Source: Utricularia gibba (Eukaryota; Plantae; Magnoliophyta). Taken from it: DNA of 64,000 bases. Under the pieces are notes generated by a model. It saw only the letters and a program-made list of their open reading frames with translations. It searched no databases and was not told the DNA's origin. The translations under genes were made by a program, and so were the position numbers. Positions 24,860 through 41,236 of the stretch are shown here, in pieces (position 1 is the first letter of the stretch; each line of letters opens with the position of its first letter). The DNA lies in contig NEEC01000019.1 of assembly GCA_002189035.1 (NCBI GenBank), forward strand, positions 1,612,001 to 1,676,000, read 5' to 3'.

Positions 24860-25292
24860 GCTGCGAGCATGATCAAGGAAAAGCGGTTGCACCCTCCCTA
24901 CGTGTCCTAAGTGAAGTAAAATAAGATAAAAGGAGCTTGTAGTGTTGGTGTTGTAGATACACGCTCAAAAGTATAAATCTCTTGGTTTGTTTATATTAGA
25001 ATACGTAATTTCATATTGAAAAATAATGAAAGTATATAAAAAATTATAAATTATTAATAATCAATTGTATTTATTTATTTTTTAATGTAATTCATATTTT
25101 TTTATATATTTAAACTTTACATATATTTATTAAATTTATCGAATATTGAATTTCAATAATTTTTTATTTTAAGATTTGAATGATTGAGATCTTACATAAT
25201 TGATTAAATCACATAAATAATTTATGGAATCCCAAATTTTGACCTTCAAATGTCTCTATTCATGTTTCGATTTGTCATTCTCCAGTTCTTAC

Positions 25293-25681
25293 TGGAGATG
25301 TCAATGGGCCGGGTTCGGTTTTTGGAATACCGAACCTGACCCAAGGAACCCTTTTCTAGGTCCAAACCTGAACCGAACCCGAACTGGATCCGAATCTGAA
25401 TCCAAAACTCGAGACCTATTGAGTTAAGTTTCAATTTTAACAAAAATTCAAAAATATTTGGAATATATACTTTTCAAATTTCACTTATTATGATTTTAAA
25501 AGTTAAAAGGATTAATTAGAATTAAAATATGTTAATTATTAATAAAATTAATAAAATAAATATTTTAAAAATATTGTGTAGAGTTCGAGTTTACGGATCA
25601 AATAACCTAAACCTGGAACCGAACCCATTCGGGTCGGTTTCGGTTCAGATTCGGGTAGATCCGAACCCATTGACATCTCTA
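25293..25681. mobile_element. Non-autonomous hAT-type MITE, 389 bp
   Basis: 16-bp TIRs TGGAGATGTCAATGGG and CCCATTGACATCTCTA (1 mismatch). 8-bp TSD GTTCTTAC (25285-25292) vs GTTCTGAC (25682-25689). Subterminal GAACC/GGTTC/CCGAA repeats around an AT-rich core. Confidence 0.85.
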
Positions 25682-26926
25682 GTTCTGACTGCAACTGTAT
25701 TTGGTTTTGCACAGCCAAAAAAAGAGGCCAAATTACAAGACAACTGCTACTAGAGATGTTCCTCTGATAGAACTCTAGTTGATCCGAATAGTAACTATTT
25801 GGGTCAAGATATTGGGCCGTACTCGATCCGAAATGCGGATCTTATTTCTTGATGGGCTTCTGGGGGCAGATATTTGATGGGTCCGTCTCAACTGAGCCCA
25901 CAAAGGACGAGGATGCAGTTTTTCATAAATGTCGGTGTTCTTGGAGGAGCTAGCAAGGTTGGCCTCAACCTGGAAGTGATGGTGCTTCCTTATGTTTGTT
26001 TTATTTTTTAGTTGATTCGGGGATTCATTTGTGAGAAAGCAATGGCGTATTTCTGTCAATTGTTGAGAAGGGATGTACGATGTGAATTTTTGTCTGGATT
26101 TGATCATTGATTGCGTTGGTTATTGTGATCAAGGGAGACTTAATAGTTAATACTGCCTAATGCTCCCATGGCCGGTAATGCGCATTGTTCTTTGTCACAT
26201 TTGGATATTAAATTCGTTACATTGACGTGTTTATTTTCTGATTTTTATCGGGTTCGAGGAAAAATAATATTTCCTTGTTTGGTTTTTGAATATCCTGTTT
26301 GATCAGTGAGAGCATGTGAGATGGGGAAACAATGACGCGTGCATTTATGGTTTCATGTGAAAGGTGCAGTATTTTTTGTCCTTCACTGAGTATTAGCTTA
26401 TTTTCTATCCTTTTAGTTGCATTTGAATATGATTTTGTAGCCAGTCTACATGAAATTATGGTTCATAAAGCCCTTTACCCTGTTTTATGGCACTTCTAGC
26501 CCTCTGTTTTTCTGCTAATAACTTATTGCATTTTTTTCCTTGCTGACATTGATTTTACTTACTTTTCACTGTGTCCAAAGTAGGGATAAAATCATGAAAA
26601 AAATGTGACTACTGATTTGAGAAAATTAAGAAAGAACAACTCTAAAAGTGTCTGAGTGGTGTATAACATAGAACTAGGAAAGGAGAAAGAAAACCACGAT
26701 TACAAAACCAGAAAGACTTCATGGTTAACACGATGGATCCTATAGACTGTAGTTTTACATGTGCATTTGGCCACAAAATTTGCACAAGTTGGATACATGC
26801 CGATTTTTCATGTAGTGAATTGATAGACCTTCCAGAAAAGAGGGAAAAGAACTAAAAAAATTGTGCATCCTATCTACCTGCATTCATGGAATCTTCATGC
26901 TTGGTAGCTGCACAGGAAAGTGCTAG

Positions 26927-27277
26927 TTAAATTTTGGTGGATCTTCCAGCAGACTTCATCTTTTCTGCATGATGATGTTTCTTCTTTTCTTCTCGCCGAT
27001 AGTTCTTCTTTCCTAGTTTTTTCTTTTCATCTCTGGTTCTGAATAGCTGCCCTGGGTGACTCGGACCAGATGTTGCATCAGAAGCCATTGAATCATCACT
27101 GTCGACAACACCATCTTCAGCTGTTTTCTTTGAATAGTGTACACTTACGGTGGAATTGTTGTAGATGGAGTGATCGTATTCTTGCTCTGGTGAGACGATA
27201 TATGCCGTCCAGCCGGATTCACAACTGCTGCAGTCTTCAGCAGGATCATGGTGGAGGAGTGTTTTAGTAGAGTCCAT
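26927..27277 (-). CDS. SOFL: SOB five-like (SOFL) protein
   Basis: Both SOFL motifs present (CSSCESGWTAYI and DSDDSMASDATSGP), followed by a basic C-terminus. Alternative in-frame ATG at 27313. Confidence 0.88.
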   Translation of the reverse strand: MDSTKTLLHHDPAEDCSSCESGWTAYIVSPEQEYDHSIYNNSTVSVHYSKKTAEDGVVDSDDSMASDATSGPSHPGQLFRTRDEKKKLGKKNYRREEKKKHHHAEKMKSAGRSTKI

Positions 27278-28223
27278 TTGCAATGGAAGGTTAGAAAATA
27301 ATGGGGGTATCATGCCTTTTTATCTAGTTTAACACTGCATGAGAAACACAAACTATTCAAAGAGAAAATAGTACTTGCTTAGCTGTCTCTGGATAATAAA
27401 TTTCTCTGGCTTTTATTACCAGGAGGCGCGCATGATGCAGTGCAGCGGACAGGTGACGAACTAATTGGTCTTTCTGTTTTTTATTTGAATCGGGATGCTT
27501 TGATCAAAGATAGCAAGCAATGGAAAGTGATTCAGATGAGGCTGAGTTGAATTCATTTGTTTCTTGTTTTGTAAATGTTGACATCTTGAACTTGCAAGAC
27601 TCCAATGTTTTTGCTTTCAGATAAGAAGAATGGTGTGATGGTTTCACCACCACAAGTCACATAAACACAACTACTTGCGTCCAAAAACCCTGAAGTTTGA
27701 CTCCCCATTCTCTACTTACTCCTCTGGGTGCTTCATAAATACAAAAGCTGCTTGCTTTATAAATGAGGATTGCAGACGAGGCCCACTCTACAAGCTTGCA
27801 AGTAGTATGCAACAAGAACAATGATATCTTAAAGAAGGCTCCTTCTCCCTCCCACCTTGTATATACTTGTATATTTTTTTCTGAAGAGCTTTAATTCTCT
27901 GTCTTGTCATCCACAGGACCAGGATGGTATCATGTGATTCATGCAGTGGAGTTGGGGGTGTGGGGATCCAATCCAACTGTGATTTTGGCTTGTTGTATGA
28001 GGTGGATCCTTGGATGAGGGAATCAAGGTAGATGCCCACTCCCTTTCAATTCAACCTCTGCAATCTCCTTTATCTGATTGCTCCTGTCATTGGCCTCATC
28101 TTTTTCTTCCTCAGCCTCGAATGGATAGTCAGGATTGCAGGTTGATGGTATTGAAGTAAGTACGGTTTAATCTCGTAACACTTTTTCTCTGACGAATAGG
28201 AAGATCGACTGGGGGACACTGCA

Positions 28224-29375
28224 TCAAGCACCCAAAGGTTTCATGATTCCAAAGTCGGCGCAGTGGTCGGGATTTCCAGGGCACGGCGAAACCAAACTCT
28301 CAACATAAATTTCTGCTTCAAAGATCGCCGTCTTGTGATGCGGATGCGGATCCCTCAGGTACCCTTTTTTCCGATCATACACAAAGAAATGCAACCCGAA
28401 TAGCACCAAAATTTCACCATTTGGCAGCACACTCAAGGGTGCTGTTACGTACGGAGGAGCAGAGCAAGGGATCGTGATCAGTTTAGTCCATGATTCTCTA
28501 ACACCATACTCCTTCATTACCCAGAAATCAACATGCGAATTCGAGTAGCTCCGAGCAACACAGATGCAGCCGTCCAGCAGTCCTAGAGAAGAATCACACT
28601 CATCGCTGCTCCAAAATGGTTGCTCGAGAATCCCATATGTCTCACTATTGAGATCGAGAGTGACGATACCCCAGCGGCGTCGCAATCCCATTCCGGCCGT
28701 CGGAAAATGCATCTTCCCGTTGGCAAACTTGCAGACACTATCCGAAGGAATCCCGTTCTCGAAGCCCTGTATCCTCTTCCATGATCCTGTTCTTAAACCG
28801 TAAACCATAGACACTGTTCTATAGGATCCATCGGTTCCGATCCAGCAGAAAATGCCCACAACTTTATAATCATCGTCATGCCGATTGAACCCAAATCCCC
28901 AAACGTCATAGAACCCTTGCGGCAATTCAGCTGCACAACTAGGCAGCCTATACGACATTCTTGTAGAAGGGTTCCATATGAAGACATGCTCCTGATCTTC
29001 GATACAAACAAGACCATTGATTGATCCCACAACCGTAATCGGATTCGAATTCCTCTTCTTTCCAGGATGATCGAAATGAGGCTCCAACGCCCATTTCTCC
29101 TCCGATACAAGAGACTCCAGCGAGCAGCGACTGAGTTGGGAACTTGCGAAACAAGCAGCAGATTGAGTGAAAATCACCCCGCGCTTCGATAACGCGGAGC
29201 TTTTCGATGAATTGGCGAGATGAGCTTTCACTAAAAAGTCTCCGGAAATCAACCGGAGCCATGACCGCGAAACGGATCTGAATTTCAGGAGGGACTTGAC
29301 GGGGAGTCTTGAGAGTATCTCGACGACAATTGCTTCTGGAACCGATTGAGAATCAATTTCTCCACCGTAACCCAT
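28224..29375 (-). CDS. F-box protein with F-box-associated domain (CPR1/F-box-kelch-like), intronless, 383 aa
   Basis: PEAIVVEILSRLPVKSLLKFRSVSRSW F-box; VVGSINGLVC, IWNPSTR, GFGFN..DDYKVV and WVMKEYGVRESWTKL. Confidence 0.92.
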   Translation of the reverse strand: MGYGGEIDSQSVPEAIVVEILSRLPVKSLLKFRSVSRSWLRLISGDFLVKAHLANSSKSSALSKRGVIFTQSAACFASSQLSRCSLESLVSEEKWALEPHFDHPGKKRNSNPITVVGSINGLVCIEDQEHVFIWNPSTRMSYRLPSCAAELPQGFYDVWGFGFNRHDDDYKVVGIFCWIGTDGSYRTVSMVYGLRTGSWKRIQGFENGIPSDSVCKFANGKMHFPTAGMGLRRRWGIVTLDLNSETYGILEQPFWSSDECDSSLGLLDGCICVARSYSNSHVDFWVMKEYGVRESWTKLITIPCSAPPYVTAPLSVLPNGEILVLFGLHFFVYDRKKGYLRDPHPHHKTAIFEAEIYVESLVSPCPGNPDHCADFGIMKPLGA

Positions 29376-30455
29376 CGAAGCTCCAATTCAAAGATCCTTG
29401 TGATTACACAGCCCCTCGAATCTCTACAACACAAACCTGGAGTGATGATGATGAATGAGTGAATGAAGTGAAGAGGCTGACTGGATATTGATAGCTACCA
29501 AAAAATGGCGGTTCATTCATTTATCACTTACCCAAAACCTAGAACGGGAACTATTTATTGCGTACCAGTGCGCTGGTGACGTGTACGATGACGTGTCCTT
29601 TTTAAAAAATAAAATATTTATATTATGCATTGAAATTCTAATGAAAATATCTCTGTGCTTGCGAGTGGAGGAATTGTAACGGTCTGTCCCGCGCCGTTGC
29701 TTCTGTGCTCTCCTTGCATCGGATTTCCCGTTTCTTCTCTTTTCCAATTTTTTAGTTTTTTTGCGTTGCCTACACTATTTTTTCCGTGATTTTGGGTCTC
29801 CGTCGTTGATCGAATGTCCCAATCCTTTTCTGCTTGTTCGTCTTCCATTTCACGGTTTTTGTGGTGCGAGAATTGGGGGTGGATGAAAAAGCTTCACGGG
29901 ATCTGGCGTTCATTGCGTGATCCTGGTGCGGGTAATTGCAATATGTGACGAATGTCGTAATATGAGATGTGCGAATTGATGCTTGTTTTTTATTTCTGTT
30001 TTTTGGAGACGTTGTTTGTGACGCTTTGGAGGGATTTCGTTCAGGTGATTGCTGGGTTTCGGGCTGCATTTTCTTCCAAACGATGTTGATTCGGTACGTG
30101 TTTTGGATTCTTCTTTTCGGGCATTGAGTTTTTGAGCAGACTGAATGCTTAGCTTTGATATATTTGGTGAAATTCAAGTGAAGTAATGTTTCTTGTCCGA
30201 AATGCTATATTCTTCTTTCATTTATGTGCAAGCTCATGGCTGCTTAGGTGAGCTATTGTGTATCTCTCAAGGTTTTCATGTTGAGCTTTTTGATTGTTTG
30301 ATATGAACCTTTTTTTATCGGCCTTTTGAAACATTTATGGGGAAGTGAGTAATAAGCTCCCTTTTTTTCATTAATTTATTGAGCAGGTTCCATGATCTTC
30401 AGTGACATTCAGGATCCATAATACCAATTCTCCAATTCTGCATCATAATCTTCCG

Positions 30456-33400
30456 ATGCTTCCTGTGCATGAACCTCCAAATTCACCCTCAAAAACTGTT
30501 ACTAAACCAAAACAGCCTTCTCAATCCACTGAACCTCCAAAGTCAGCATCTTCTAGTAAGCCTAAGCTGTCTGCAGTTCCTACAGCTGGTTTGTCCCCAT
30601 TCCCTTTGAGTTCAACTCACACATCACCTGGACAAAATCATACCTCTCCTAACTCGGTGCCCCCTTCTCCATCTAGTCCGTTCCTTGATTCAAAGTCTCT
30701 GGACTCGTCCGATTCACCTGTATTGACATCCTTTGAAACTCATGAAAATCCACATAGACCGCCGCCTCAAGTGGCAAATAATGCTACATCTTCAATTATT
30801 AATATGTCATCAGGCATCCCTCCACCCAATCGGTCTTCTAAGACTTCAGGTGTACCGCCACCACGACCTTCTGCTTCAGGTAAGACAACAATTTTCAAGC
30901 CTCAAAGTTCACCACTCCCTCCAATGCTTGCACCACCTCCTCCAATGCTTGCGCCACCTCCACCGATGCTTGCCCCACCTCCACCAATGATCACACCACC
31001 TCCACCGGCACTCGCACCACCCACACCTGTAATTGCACCACCTCCACCACCACCGCCAGTTTTGGCACCAGTTCCACCACCGCCTCAACTAGCTGGAGTT
31101 ACCTCACCAAATCCAGTCTTGGTACCAGTGCAAAATTCACCACCCCCTCCACAAGCGTTAGGGCCACCTCCCGACTATACTGTAGCTTCTCTTTCAGACT
31201 CTTCTCATCTTGTACCTCCTCAATCCTCCACTTCTCCTCCAATGCCATCAATGCCTCCTACAGTATCATCATCCCCTCATCCTTCCGTTGAGGCTCCTGT
31301 ATCAATTACCCATCCTTCATCATCAAAAGCTGTACCGACTGTTCCAAATGGCAGCACTTCGGATAGTAATACAACTCAAAATTCAGTCCCTAGAAGTGGT
31401 AGGGAGTTTAGTACGGGAGACATAGTAGCGGTTGTTTTCGTTCTTTCTTTTGTAGTGCTTGGTGTATCTGGAGCCTTAGCATTTATTCTCCGGAAGAGAA
31501 ATAGAAAATTTTTTCAGAGTAATAAAAGTAACTTAATGCCAAATCATTTTGGAGCTTCTTCAGGATCAGGTGAATTTACTCCTTTCTTGATTTATTATCA
31601 GTTGGAAAAACGTGTATCCCTGTTGCTATCTTCGTTGACTAGATAATCATAGAAGAACTGATCTTTTAACCAGATTCTTCCCTACTGAATATACAAGCAT
31701 CAGATAAAGATGATACTGAGTCCTGGAAGGCATTTGTTTGTTCATTTCCTGAACCTGGAGGGTTTGGAAATTCCAAGTCTTTCACCTATGAGGTACTTGC
31801 TGAGGCTACCGGTGGATTTTCTGAGAAGAATCTATTGGGTGTAGGTGGATTTGGGTCTGTATACAAAGGAGTTCTTTCAGATGGAATTACTGTTGCAGTT
31901 AAACAGTTAAAGCTTGGTGGAGGACAGGGGGATCGTGAATTCAGAGCTGAAGTAGAGATAATAAGCCGCATACATCATCGTCATTTGGTTTCACTTGTTG
32001 GTTATTGCATTCGTGATAGTAAAAGACTGCTTGTGTATGAATACATTCCGAATCACAATCTCTACTTTCAGATTCATGGTAAACTTCTTGGCTACTAGAC
32101 GAAAACTGGGTTTTATAAGTTCGCCACAGTGTTATTCTATTTTTCAGGTGAACGAATACCTGTTCTAGAATGGAGTAAAAGAGTAAAAATTGCTGTTGGT
32201 GCTGCTCATGGAATAGCTTACCTTCATGAAGATTGTGAGTTGGTTAAGAAATATTTTATAAACTTAGTTGTCTCGTGCTTGTTTTAAACCGACAAAAAGT
32301 ATATTACTATGTAACATCTCTCAGGTCATCCTCGGGTTATACATAGAGATATCAAGTCCTTAAATATTCTTGTGGACAACTCCTTTGAAGCCAAGGTGTG
32401 CCTCATGTACATTTATTTTGTTGCCTGGCACGTTGGCTTACTGCATTTGTCTTAGAGAGGTTAGGTACATAAGGGGATATGAGGTAAAGTTGGCAAAGGG
32501 AAATGTTAACTTAAAAAAGCTGGTTAGTGCTGCGTGACAATGACGACTTGAAGTTGCAATTTTTTTTTTTCCATATCAATAGGGAAATAAAAAAACGTGT
32601 CTTAGTATCCAATGAAATGTGAGTACGAGAAACTATGTCAGAAAAGGGTGTAAACTCTCAGATTTCCTAGACTAAGCATATATTGAACTCCAAACACTTA
32701 GTATAAATCTTCTAGAGCTTGAATTGACTCTACCTTTGCAGGTTTCTGATTTTGGACTAGCAAAAATCGCCCTGGATGCTAAAACTCATGTTACGACACG
32801 TGTCGTAGGAACTTTCGGGTACTAAATGATTGTTCTTTGAAAATTTTTAAAATTTCATTTTGAATTATGTAGTATGAATACAGAATGAGAAGTAGGTATA
32901 GACTTAATTTCGTTCTCTGTTATATTTTGTTAATGAATTCTGGAAAATTAGATTCATTATAATTATATCTTATGTAAAAGAGTCCACTTCTCATTTTGCA
33001 AATAAGAATGAATTTATAAATTGATATCATAACACAAGTTAAATCTTCCTCTCGGCAATAAATGTGGGTACGCATCAGTGGCAACCTGGATTTCATGTTA
33101 CACGTTCAGGTACATGGCACCTGAATATGCATCAACTGGAAAGTTGACTGAAAAGTCAGATGTGTTCTCATTTGGTGTTGTTCTCTTGGAGCTAATTACT
33201 GGGCGCAAGCCTGTAGATACATCTCAGCCTATTGGGGAGGAGAGTCTTGTTGAGTGGGTATGCTCGTCTTATACGCTTTTTTTCCTTCTTTTCATGATTT
33301 TAAGCAATAGACTGCTCTTATTGGCTCTCAATGCTTCTCTTCAACTCTTTTTTAAGTGTTATTTTATAGTCTGAATATGATCCTAACCCAATAGATTTTG

Positions 33401-33991
33401 CTTGGAAATGCTATATCTATTTTTCTTCTTTCAGGCTAGGCCTTTGCTTAGACAATCTCTTGAGACTCGAGAGTTTGACATGATAGTAGATCCCAGGCTT
33501 GAAAAACGTTATGTTAGTAGTGAAATGTTCCAAATGATCGAAGTCGCAGCAGCTTGTGTACGCCACTCTTCTCTAAAGAGGCCAACAATGGGACAGGTAG
33601 CATAAAAAATTTATAGTGGTTTCTCTGTGGACACGAAACCTGATATTTTTTACGGTAGCAAAAGGCTACCTTAATTTCTACATGAGAAGTTTTTCAGACA
33701 TCAGTTGGAAATGAAACTCTTGCATCGATGTTTTTTTCTCTACACATATATATGATAGGCATCAGTTGGAAATGGGACTCTTGCGTTCAAAATTGTCTCT
33801 CTCATTTGACTACTTGGTTGTAGGTGGCAAGGGCTTTGGATAACATAGCTAAAATGGATTTGAAAAATGGGATGGAACTTGGAGAAAGTGGATTCCTCAA
33901 TTCAGAAGTCAGATTCCTTCAAATGATGGCATTTGGCACTCAGGACACCTCAGAATTTTTCAGGGATGATGATGATGATGTTCACCGGTGA
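30456..33991 (+). CDS. PERK: Proline-rich extensin-like receptor kinase (PERK8/9/10 clade). Exons 30456-31569, 31674-32078, 32148-32234, 32325-32395, 32742-32818, 33110-33257, 33435-33596, 33824-33991
   Basis: Pro-rich ectodomain with no signal peptide, TM helix then [32 protein letters not shown] and GTFGYMAPEY. All junctions in phase. Start ATG is inferred. Confidence 0.9.
30918..31043 (+). repeat. Six degenerate 21-nt tandem units encoding (PPMLAPP)-like heptads in PERK
   Basis: Units start at 30918, 30939, 30960, 30981, 31002 and 31023 (cctccaatgcttgcaccacct and variants). Confidence 0.85.
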
Positions 33992-34624
33992 ATAGCAATG
34001 GTTCTATTTCCCAATGAATGGTCATGTGTTTCCCGACGGCTGAGGTAACCAAACCCCATAAGTATCCGGCGCAGACACTTTGGAACATCCAGGTGTCATG
34101 TTCTGCTTATGCTGCTGCTTGATAGCAACAGAGAAGTTATATCTCAGCTTTATGTAGTCTCAGTATTTGTTGGTGTTGATGATGGAAATTTGGAGAGACA
34201 TGTACATGGCGAACGATTTGGATTTCTGATCAAAATACTTCTTTGCTTGCAGTGAAAATAAATAACCAGAGATTTTTATTTTTAGGGGCTTCATAAAAAA
34301 ATGAAATTTAGTTATATTAGTTTCTTATTTAAAAAAAACGTCTATTAAAAATTGACATTGCCGGTTGAATATTTGCCGTGTCCGATTCGGATATAATTGA
34401 AACGAATTAAAAGGTAATCATGAAATTAGATAAAATTGCCCATGAAAAGGTGAAGGTGAAATGGTATTAAAAAAAAAAAAAATGCTCCCAGAAGGATATC
34501 CGAAGTTTGGGTACAGTGGTGATCGTTGAATGATATGAGCAGAAGATTTCTGGAATTTAATACATTGCGTCAGTCTTCTTGGTAACATCTTCTCCTAATC
34601 TTTACGCTCTTTTCGATTCCAGTT

Positions 34625-38631
<4,007 letters not shown>

Positions 38632-38993
38632 GTAAGATTACTGCATCAATTTTCTTCCAAGCTACGCATATTTACATGTGTTTGTACTGACCATGACCCT
38701 GTACCAAAAAAGTTGGTTGCATTGCCTTGCCTTGCCTCGCCTCATGGAATTTACTGAAAACGTTGGTTCTCATCCCAATTCTGTTATGCGTGGAATCTTG
38801 TTTTATGAATAATTATTGGTGATTCTTGTTTTCCGATTTGTAACTTAAGGAACGACCATGGCAGCGAAGTGATCATAATTTTGATGAAATTCCTTTGTAT
38901 TCTCTCATGACATGGCACCAGACTTCTGTACCGCCCCAGTGTTCTCTTATCTATATATACTGAGCATTACTGTGAAGCTGCAAACTTGAAACC

Positions 38994-39852
38994 ATGGCAG
39001 CACTCGTATTTGCATGTCTCTCTTTCTTCTTCATTTTAACAATCAGTATAGATGCACAAACTCCGGCGGGTTCGCCCTCAATCTCACCACCCACAACACC
39101 CAACCCCGCTCTGCCACCGGGAGCAATAGCCACAGCTCCATCTGCTTCTCCTCCATCCCGGACACCTAATCCTGCAACGCCGTCAGCCCAAGCTCCTCCT
39201 CTGCCACAGCCGCCAGCAGCAACAGCCACAGCTCCATCTGCTTCTCCTCCATCCCAGACACCTAATCCTGCAACGCCGGCAACTCAAGCTCCTCCCCTGC
39301 CACAGCCACCGCACTGCCACCTCAATCACCAAGCCTTCCATCGCCAGTACTGCCACCAACGGTGCGACCACCACAAGCAATCCCAACACCAGCACAGCAG
39401 CCATCACCAGCACCACCCATACTATCACCTCAGAAGGCGCCATTACATGCTCCAACACCCTTTATAGCAACACCGGCTCCAGCTCCAGCTCCGAGAAGCC
39501 ACAGGAAAAAGAAGCACAAGCAGCACCACAACCGAGCCCCAGCACCAGCACCAGTACTAACCGTTAAAAGCCCCCCCGCACCCCCTGATGCAGAAAGTGG
39601 TGATGAAGCAACACCAGCACCTTCACCATCTCACGATTCGGTAAGAAAACTATGCATCATTTATATACTTTTTATGGGCCATTAACATTACTAATAGCTG
39701 ATTATAAGTATCCAATGCAGAGTGGCTCCGCAACCCTTGACCAGTTCAGAAGTGCTGGAATGGCAACCGCTGCAATACTCTTGTTTACATTCATTTCTGT
39801 TCATGACATTTTGGGACTCGTTAAAGCCTACCAGAACAGCCCGATTCGATAA
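38994..39852 (+). CDS. AGP19: Lys-rich classical arabinogalactan protein (AGP17/18/19 class); apparent frameshift at about 39310. Exons 38994-39640, 39721-39852
   Basis: Signal peptide ending at AQTP, a PAST-rich body, the basic HRKKKHKQHH domain, then an intron before a hydrophobic GPI-type tail. Confidence 0.8.
39128..39310 (+). repeat. Internal tandem duplication with 96-nt (32-aa) period in the AGP
   Basis: agccacagctccatctgcttctcctccatcc... starts at both 39128 and 39224, with about 87 nt of near-identity. Confidence 0.9.
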
Positions 39853-40030
39853 AGCTGTACTGGAAAACAGAAGAGTATCATCCACAGATTCATTTCTTTT
39901 CCAAAAGATTGCTATTTTTCATTGTAACACATTTATGTTATCATCTACTGTATCCAGGTGAACGCAAAACCATATTTTACCACCAAGGAATAACAAAAAA
40001 AAAAAAAAAAAACAGCCTTAGGCAACCTTC

Positions 40031-40908
40031 CTATACTTTCTCTATTCTTTCATCTACATCCATGTCCTCCAGAAGATTGTACTCTATTACCATTCCAAGA
40101 TTGTCGACTAGCTTGTGATATCGAGAGCATCCTGAACACTGTAGGACAGAAGTCAAAATTGCAAGAACACAGTAAATAATGGAGAAGCAGTACACTGGAA
40201 TAGTTATGTGAGCATATAAACACGGAGATACATTGGATATAATGAGGGATCGACTCCATTCACATACCTGCACATAAACCAGCCCACGTTCATATGCTAA
40301 CCTGTTAATAAGTCTTTGTGATCGAGCACCACAAACATCACATGTAAATGATACTGACAAACTTCTTCTCGGGATGTTTAAATTGAAGGTAGCTTCCTGA
40401 ATCAAGAAAACCAATTTGGAACTGGACACTTCAGGCACTAGATTACAATTTTGGAAACTTGAATGAGGAGTTTGTTGATCACAATAAAGTCGATGAAATT
40501 TACCTGTTGTGAGTTCCCCAACGATTCATTTTGTTCTTCGTCTTTATCGCCAGACGGAAATGGGGACCCTCCGGAGTCGCAACACAGCACTATCACTTCC
40601 TTCCTCCGGTACGAAAGCTTCAACTTGCTACACCCCACGTCCAGAACAAAAAAAAATAACAGATCAAAGAACGGATAACTCAAAGACCCATCTAGAACTG
40701 AGCGTAGAAGCCCGAGTGTCTTGAATAAATCTAGGACTCATCCACATCCATAACCAACTAAAACATACCTGGGAAGTTTAAAGGCTTCACATTTGGTGCC
40801 AAGATTGGTTCTTGAAATTTTGGGGTTGAAAAATAAAGAGATGTCGCCCCTGATTTTGCTGGGTCTAAGGAAATGGGAAAAATCCAAACCCAGAATTAGG
40901 GCAGACAT
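40031..40908 (-). CDS. Zim17/DNL-type zinc-finger Hsp70 escort protein (organellar). Exons 40908-40769, 40627-40504, 40396-40268, 40138-40031
   Basis: PRRSLSVSFTCDVCGARSQRLINRLAYERGLVYVQCSGCSRYHKLVDNLG, preceded by a transit-peptide-like N-terminus. Confidence 0.88.
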
Positions 40909-41236
40909 TCTTCCGGAAACGAAGCCCCGAGAACTCCAAGGAGCACGATGAGACAATTTGACATGAAGCTTTTAGTTTTTTTTATAACTAATATACATAT
41001 GATAAGATCGCATAGATGCCAAAAGAAAAAACGTGTTTTTTTACACGAAATGACAGATATATTGATTAACACAAAAACCAGGCTAATGCTTTGCATGAAG
41101 ATGTACAATTTCTTCTTCACTTTGCTTCCGTGTTTGTTAAACACTACAGACTTCTGATCATCGATCTCAACGCTGCTTGTTGTTTATTTGTCCTGGTGAG
41201 CGTAAGAAGTATGATCATGCGCTTGTTAGTGTGATC

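Noticed and set aside
25750-26010. Coding-like island next to the MITE (sORF MSVFLEELARLASTWK)
   Set aside because: All frames are interrupted and I recognise no homology; nothing supports a call.
33697-33788. Direct repeat catcagttggaaatg..actcttgc in PERK intron 7
   Set aside because: Ordinary small intronic duplication with no structural or functional signal.
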